This document shows positions 57,488 through 64,000 of a DNA stretch of 64,000 bases, in pieces (the stretch's first letter is position 1; each line of letters starts with the position of its first letter). The DNA is from an uncultured Nitrososphaerales archaeon. GTDB taxonomy: Archaea; Thermoproteota; Nitrososphaeria; Nitrososphaerales; Nitrososphaeraceae. The stretch lies in contig CAVPXM010000069.1 in assembly GCA_963709405.1 (NCBI GenBank), forward strand, positions 32,001 to 96,000, given 5' to 3'. Below the pieces are notes generated by a model, which saw nothing but the letters and a program-made list of their open reading frames with translations, had not been told where the DNA came from and did no database searches. Position numbers and translations under genes: made by a program.

Positions 57488-58334
57488 TTCGGTGAAATTC
57501 TCATTTTCTATAATGGGATAGTCATATTTAGATGTGGGTCTCATTGTGTATGAATATTTCTATTATCAATATCAACAGCCACGTTGGAGTATAAATGCTC
57601 AATCCGCCAACTACAATTGTATATTGATATTGATTCAATTTCTACAATTATATATTATGGTAATAGTAATATAATTAAACAGGCAATTGATGTTATTACA
57701 TTTGGTCAGATTAGGCATCAAACATTGAAGAGAAATTGTACTAAATCTTGTAACATCTCACAATGCAACACTAATGATCTCGTTCATCGGAAATTTGTAT
57801 ATGATGTCGATAGAAATAGGACGAATTTGTCATTTGTTATCTTCCTTTGCTGCTCTCCTGCTCTAATATAGTTCCAGATGTGTCGGAAACGGCTCTGATG
57901 AACACGAGGGCCAAAACGGATTATTAACTAGCCATATCGAAAATAAAAAAGCTTAGTTTCGTTCCCACTAGATATTATATTTTGTATTGGGTATGATGGT
58001 GATTGTAATCCAACGATGCAAGCGATCGAAGACATACTAATTAATGTGACAATTGATATTTCCTAGCAAGAACTACCGAGCAGGGATTTAACGGCAAATC
58101 TTTGATTTTGCGCGCGGGATTTCGCAATCATAATATGCAATCTAATGAGATCTGTCTTGTATAATTGATTGATCTTCAGGCCTGGCTGCTGTCAGATCAT
58201 CTCCACTGAATAAACTTGTTTGTCTAATCTTGCACAGGCTTGTACTACTGTTGTTAGGATTTCGAATGTTATCGTAAGTTTCAGCTATATGAGCAAAGGA
58301 ATAATATTATAGGGATTTTATATACTGATATCCA

Positions 58335-58682
58335 ATGGCTAAATTAGAAGATTCTGGTCAAATTATCTACCTGCAGTATAAGAACCTAGAGGACATGCTT
58401 AAGGTCATACTCTTTTCGGCCCAATCAGCTCTGGGTCTGACACCTATGCTTTATAGCATTAAATATACGAGCAATAGCATACTTTTTATTCAAACAGGGA
58501 TTGCTAACGGTGCGGTAGTCCATTATCTTGTGATGCGGGATGCAAGACCAGAACATAAATACATAGAATTGAAGCGATTAACCGGAGAATTCAGATTTGT
58601 TGATAGTATCGGTACGGATACCATGTCGCTCTATATCCCAGTCTTAGAACTTGAGACGTCTACCCTTAAGTTTCCCATTTGA
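58335..58682 (+). CDS. Conserved hypothetical protein
   Basis: Intact 115-aa ORF. Confidence 0.7.
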   Translation: MAKLEDSGQIIYLQYKNLEDMLKVILFSAQSALGLTPMLYSIKYTSNSILFIQTGIANGAVVHYLVMRDARPEHKYIELKRLTGEFRFVDSIGTDTMSLYIPVLELETSTLKFPI

Positions 58683-59376
58683 CTCTACCAATTATTCTTC
58701 TTTTGTGTGAGTGTATTACACCAGCAAAAAAAGTTGCTATGAATAGATATAAGTATAATGAGAATGCGTTCTAAGGCGATATTAATTATATTGACCATTA
58801 GAGCCTTTGACGTACGAGTAGATTATATATCAACTACAAACCTGACCTCAGCCAAGCAGTTCAATTATAGAATCCATTTGATATAGTTGTTGATGTTATC
58901 AAATGACAGTTAATACTAGTGTATTTAGTATCGAAGTATGTGAAAATGCATCATATGTATGTGCAATTAATTAGATTAATGAATTTGCACACCTGGATTT
59001 AGCCGAGTCGAGCATGTGGAATCGATAGTTTAGGACTTTATGAGAGTAACACTATTCAAAGATGAGAATATCCAAGAGAAAAAGACTAAAGTCGACTCGC
59101 CTTCTAAAAAAATCATCCTTTTAGTCGCCTATAAGATTTTTCGGACATCCCTTAGCGAAATTATGAACCCATTTTATAATAATTCTTCAAATAATATGAG
59201 ATTCTTTGAATTCGCCATTACAGAGCTAGTCTGGTGTATCAGGCATATCCATATTCCATTTCTCAATTTGGATACGCATGACCTTTGCTTAGCATTGCAT
59301 GCCAATTCCAGAATTCATTATGAACAATACTTGGTGCATCAAGAATAAATATTCTGTTAATATTACGGATCTATCA

Positions 59377-59616
59377 ATGAATAGCGAGATACGAAGGCCG
59401 TGCAGCAGGTGCGATGGTTCGATGCTAGGTGAAATACAACCTATACCAAAGAAAATTCCACTACCGATACCTCTTAAGCCATCATTGTCGATCGAGAAAT
59501 ATTTGCCGAATATAACGCGGGGTTATGATTTTTATACTGTGTTCATATGTTCATCATGCGGCTACATGGATGTTTATTTTACAAAAGCGAAGCAAGATAG
59601 CAGGATTATGAAATAA
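59377..59616 (+). CDS. Small zinc-ribbon protein
   Basis: MNSEIRRPCSRCDG...FICSSCGYMDVY. Confidence 0.65.
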   Translation: MNSEIRRPCSRCDGSMLGEIQPIPKKIPLPIPLKPSLSIEKYLPNITRGYDFYTVFICSSCGYMDVYFTKAKQDSRIMK

Positions 59617-59856
59617 ATAGATATGAGGAGAACGACAACTTAGCTTTGCCAATATTACTATCCTGAGAGCGTTGTTCCCCATTTCGCAGACTTAATCTAT
59701 TTGCCCCGGTCGATCCGTCATCGCAGATTAATCGTGACATCATAGCTATTTAAGACAATATCAGTGTTATCTAATCAGTACGCACCAATTCGTAAGGCAA
59801 ATCTATATCAGAGGCGATGTAAATTATTATAGGACATCTATAAGGCGATAAAAAAG

Positions 59857-59979
59857 ATGTTAAAGAGCTGTCCTATATGTAGAAACTGTGGCCTGAAAAA
59901 GTTTAGGATACTAAGTCGATCTGAAAATATCATCTTGCAATGTCTTGGATGTGATCAGGTAATGTCAATATCCGACTGA
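59857..59979 (+). CDS. Very small zinc-ribbon protein (40 aa)
   Basis: MLKSCPICRNCGLKKFRILSRSENIILQCLGCDQVMSISD*; below the ORF-track cutoff. Confidence 0.45.
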   Translation: MLKSCPICRNCGLKKFRILSRSENIILQCLGCDQVMSISD

Positions 59980-60312
59980 GTTATTTACTTGTTGATTGAG
60001 CACTAAATTTCACTAATTATCACAATGATCGAGCTTGTGAGAGCCACTTGCGACAGTTAGATAGTAGTATCGTTACGAAATATACGATCTTATAAAAGGC
60101 ATTTAATTTACTACTGGCATTAGTCGAACACTCAGAGTAATAATTTAATCGACCATTTTTATGGTAGGGCAGATGAATTGCTTTATAAGATGCCGCAGCA
60201 TCCTACAATTGTCTCCTCTAAGCCAGGAACGAATAGAAACCGATTGCCGATCTCTGTAGCTCGAATGTAATCTTTTCATGGATCATAAATCAACAAAAAT
60301 ATTTCATCATGG

Positions 60313-60359
60313 AAAAATTAGAAAAATAAATAATAGAATTATTTATTTTTCTAATTTTT
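60313..60359. repeat. Perfect 22-bp inverted repeat with a 3-nt loop
   Basis: aaaaattagaaaaataaataat-aga-attatttatttttctaattttt. Confidence 0.9.
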
Positions 60360-61017
60360 ACTTCTTACCTTTTGATCCTTTCTTCACAGATTTTTTCTTT
60401 GCTCCATTAACTTACCAATGTGCCATGTTCAATATATAAGGCTTGTCATATTGATTATGACCGTGTGTAGTTTCTTTTTGAGGAACAAAAATTTCGTAAT
60501 CGATTTTGTTTGCCATTGCTAGAATATTTCAATCGAGATTTTGTCAAGTAGTGCACTTTCGTTTCTTGCAGATGACATTTCATTAAAGGAGATCAAGAAT
60601 ATGTTGATATAAGATCAGTCTGAAATTATTAACTTGTACTGATTTGTTTGCCTCAGGGCGAATGTATCTTTCAGAAGCGGAGATACTACTCGATGAAAAT
60701 GCTAATTAGGATAATAGTCCGATAGGAATGAATTGGTGTAGAAAAGGTACAGTAATCGTACGGTTGCTTTCCTCAGAATAGTGTTCTTAGAATATTAATC
60801 TACAGCATTCACTTCCAAAAGTCGTAGACAAATACTGGCACGAAGCAAGTATGTACAACTCATGACGAATTAATTGTTACCCTTGGCACAAACCAACCTA
60901 CTAAATAAGATCGCAAATTAACCTGACTCTTTTCTAATTTTAGTCATTAATCAGCTGGGCTACACCTCATCTAAATTCTATCAGCTAAACATTTAGTAGG
61001 ATGTTTGTGTTAAACAT

Positions 61018-61548
61018 ATGATGAGACTCTACAGAGCGATAATCGATAGGTATGTTATTAATGATGTGAAATGCTGCAAATTGTTGTTTAAGGATGGAAT
61101 TACTACGCAAGAGCTTGTTATAGAGAAGGTTGAAGGAATAATCAAAGGCGTCTGGATCGACGCCAGAGTCCAGAAGCCTCTAGTGCCTGGACTTGGCAGC
61201 GCATGTGGGATTCTAAAGAATTTGGATCAATATCAATATATTGTATGTTCAGAAATTCGATCAATTCCTGATTCCAATCCTTACAAAAAAGATTTGCAGA
61301 AATATAGAATTACTATAATAGCGGCATTCGCCAAATTTGCTATGATAATCCATTCAAGAGCCGAAATTGTCCTGCGGGAGTGGATTCGATTTGCTCAGTT
61401 ACTATTAGAATTTATCTCCGACACTCTCGCTAGGGCTAGACTTGGACATAGCTATGTTGAATCTAACAACAATTCATCCAGTTCCATGTTTGACTACTTT
61501 GGCATCCCAGAGAAAGAAGTCGAGTATTTATTACAAGAGATCTACTAG
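61018..61548 (+). CDS. Hypothetical protein
   Basis: Intact 176-aa ORF. Confidence 0.65.
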   Translation: MMRLYRAIIDRYVINDVKCCKLLFKDGITTQELVIEKVEGIIKGVWIDARVQKPLVPGLGSACGILKNLDQYQYIVCSEIRSIPDSNPYKKDLQKYRITIIAAFAKFAMIIHSRAEIVLREWIRFAQLLLEFISDTLARARLGHSYVESNNNSSSSMFDYFGIPEKEVEYLLQEIY

Positions 61549-62655
61549 CATACCACAAATATTACTTTTGTAAGCAAATCCTTATCAATCAATTAACTTC
61601 AAGCTGCGCCGAAATGAATGACCTTAAATTGATCGCAATAGAATGGATGCTTGTAGTTTAATTCCTGCGCATAGATTGAGATGATTGAGAATCGTAATGT
61701 GTTATGAACTGCTAGGATGGAATTAATAAATCAATTTTACTTCTGATATATCCAATAAGTAAGTTTGGCAGACTCAGAGACTTGCAAACTATAAACAACT
61801 ATCTGACCTATGAGCGATCATCCAGTCAAAACATATTGGCAAAGTGTATTTAAGAAGCTTTACGATTATTAGAGTAAAAGAACGTAACAATGACTATTAG
61901 AACTAGTCCGGCTAAATTATACTATGTTAACACAATGTCTAGGGAAAGTTTTCAGTTGCTGGTGGGCGTTTAAAAATGCAACAGCAGTCGTGTCCTAACG
62001 AAAATCTAGAAGAGACTTTGGATCTTCTGCGTATATCGATACATTACAATCAATTTTTATAGGATCTACCAACTAAACTAACTACATTTCATACTGAAGA
62101 CTCAATCCACAGAAACCCATTGGTATCAGTGCAATTTGAGAATGAAAACCAAGTCAAGGTTTTCTGAACATATCGTGTTCCCATCGTCAGACTGACAAGA
62201 ACGTACGGTATTTCACTTCTATCCTGATTAAGGACTGAAAGGTCAGCATCTAATCTATTCCAATGTATGACACGAGCCTAAGATAGCCTGAATTAATCTC
62301 TCAAAATCATTATTCATAAGATCTATCCTAGAATCGGGAGCAAGAGCGTTCTATCTTTCAAATTGTTGTAAGCAGGTATTGTAACAGACTGTTGCCCTCT
62401 GGTAAGATTGCTGTTGTTCATAGTCGGATTTGTATCTTTCAAAAAATTATTCTACAAGTTGGTTTTAAGTAAAGACACATGTAGGCCTTCGTAAAAAGTG
62501 GGGAATGTATTACGTGTTATCATACTTGGATCCAGCTTATCGTGTTTGTTGATTTGCTTTGATGACCAAAAACCATATGATTCTGGGTACTCAATATTGA
62601 ACTGGCCGACCCACCGAGATTAGAAACTAATCAAGTGAGTGTGAACTTTCAGAGA

Positions 62656-63271
62656 TTATTTCGTACGTCTATTTACTTTCTTTCCTCTTGTTTGCCGCTT
62701 CGTTACCTTTCGAGTTTTTTCCTTTAGTTGCTTCACTTTTACTTTTCCAACCTTCGCAAATCTTGTCGCTCGAGTCTTAACGTTAGCAGTCCTCTTATGA
62801 GCTACTTTCCTAGGCTGATTAGTAGCTCTTCGCGACACTTTCTTCGCATTACTTATCACTTTTTTTATTTGTCTGGTTGTTTTAGGAGCTGCTTTTGGAA
62901 TTTGTTTAGCAGTGTCTTTGGTTAGCCGCAGTTTTGCTAGCAACTTCTGCCGTCTCTTCAAGTACCCCAGCTGTATCTTCTACGACATGACTATCTTTTA
63001 CATCTCTGGCTGTTTGACCGATAGCATTTGTAGTATCCCTGGCCGCTATTGATGCGTCATGTACTGCACCGACGAGATCCATGACCGCTCCACTCTCATG
63101 AAAGGCTTCAGCTGTCTCCTTCACTACTGCAGATGTATGTCGTATATTTTTCGCTACATCTTTTATTAATTCAGCTGCTCTCTTAGCACCAGCGCCCATA
63201 TCCTCCTTTCCTTTTGATGAGTTTGTTTTTCTTCGCCTTACTTTTCCTCTCTTCTCGTTCTTCGCAGACAA
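62656..63271 (-). CDS. Ala/Thr-rich helical protein with a very basic Lys/Arg-rich C-terminus; frameshift near 62925
   Basis: The two overlapping ORFs join as ...ETAEVASKTAA/TKDTAKQIPKAAPKTTRQIKK...KKVNRRTK. Confidence 0.65.
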
Positions 63272-63622
63272 TATCTATCATAGATTTACTTGTAACAACT
63301 ATATTAAATGGTTGATAATGTCATTACAACGGCGAAGTCATCTTACACTTGCCATCCGTGAAGATCTCGAACAATTGCTCATTTTTTGTTATTTATTTTA
63401 ATACCGGATTTATTCATCAGTTGCCCTTTATTCCCAATTTATCTACGATCCAGTCAATGGTTGGACGGGAGTACTTTAAGAGCGATCGGACGATTTCTGG
63501 ATCAAAACAGTCGTTTCAGGAAGTAAATTATGCAAATATCATTTCCATAATGTGCTATTTATGACAGCTCCTCCAAAAAGGCCAAAAAGCGTATATATTT
63601 TGCATAGATAATTCGTAAATTG

Positions 63623-64000
63623 ATGAAAGCTGAACAGCTATCTAACAACATACTTTCCTTAGATTCTAACATACGGTTTGCGGGCATCCTAGAAAAATCC
63701 GGGCATCTTTATGCTGGTGGTACAAGAGGCGGAGTCACAGAGTATCTCAAAGGCAGAGATTCCGAAATCAGTTTTTCTCAAACTGCCTACATAGTCGACT
63801 TAAGAAAGATGTTTACCACAGATTTAGGTGATTTAGAATATATTGTATACGTGCACAAAAAAGTGAAAATCTTCAGCATGCCAGTAAAGGATCATATATT
63901 GGTATTTTCAACAAGTAGCGATGCAGTTGACATAGAAGACATCACAAACAGAGTTCTGGACTATATAAAATCGGTAGAAACCCAATTATCGTTATACCCA
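63623..64000 (+). CDS. DUF6659/roadblock-like thaumarchaeal protein (runs off the window end)
   Basis: MKAEQLSNNILSLDSNIRFAGILEKSGHLYAGG...LGDLEYIVYVHKKVKIFSMP; open to base 64000. Confidence 0.75.
   Translation, partial: MKAEQLSNNILSLDSNIRFAGILEKSGHLYAGGTRGGVTEYLKGRDSEISFSQTAYIVDLRKMFTTDLGDLEYIVYVHKKVKIFSMPVKDHILVFSTSSDAVDIEDITNRVLDYIKSVETQLSLYP

Noticed and set aside
57312-57871. Plus-strand ORFs 57312..57521 and 57584..57871
   Set aside because: The first is antisense to the patatin relic; the second has no recognisable motifs and looks like AT-rich intergenic sequence.
57878-57920. Hammerhead-ribozyme-like motif (gtc...ctgatga...)
   Set aside because: There is no GAAA after a stem II and no consistent stem I or III pairing.

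Overview
This AT-rich window looks archaeal and most resembles soil ammonia-oxidising Nitrososphaeraceae (Thaumarchaeota). That call rests on recognising gene families: cytoplasmic histidine kinases with tandem N-terminal domains, a receiver-only regulator, MEDS proteins, PQQ sugar dehydrogenases, a PII-like protein, cytochromes P450, YVTN surface proteins and DUF6659-like proteins. It is an accessory region with no rRNA, tRNA or CRISPR array that I can see. Many genes carry single-base frameshifts, probably long-read assembly errors in large part, and there are also truly truncated gene relics. Mobile elements are a complete 905-bp IS1595-family element (25-bp TIRs, 8-bp TSD) and an IS5-family relic. 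The most striking feature is an extracellular locus at about 30.1-39.7 kb. It encodes a surface protein with four CnaB/SpaA-like (putative isopeptide) domains and a YVTN propeller, plus a membrane-anchored secreted protein. It also encodes a secreted protein built from about 11 GNGGSGDG repeats and about 20 two-Cys [13 protein letters not shown] repeats, followed 13 nt later by a subtilisin-like protease. The downstream ~7 kb of this locus is bracketed by a ~170-bp direct repeat of the YVTN gene's 3' end. All product calls come from motif recognition; no database search was run.
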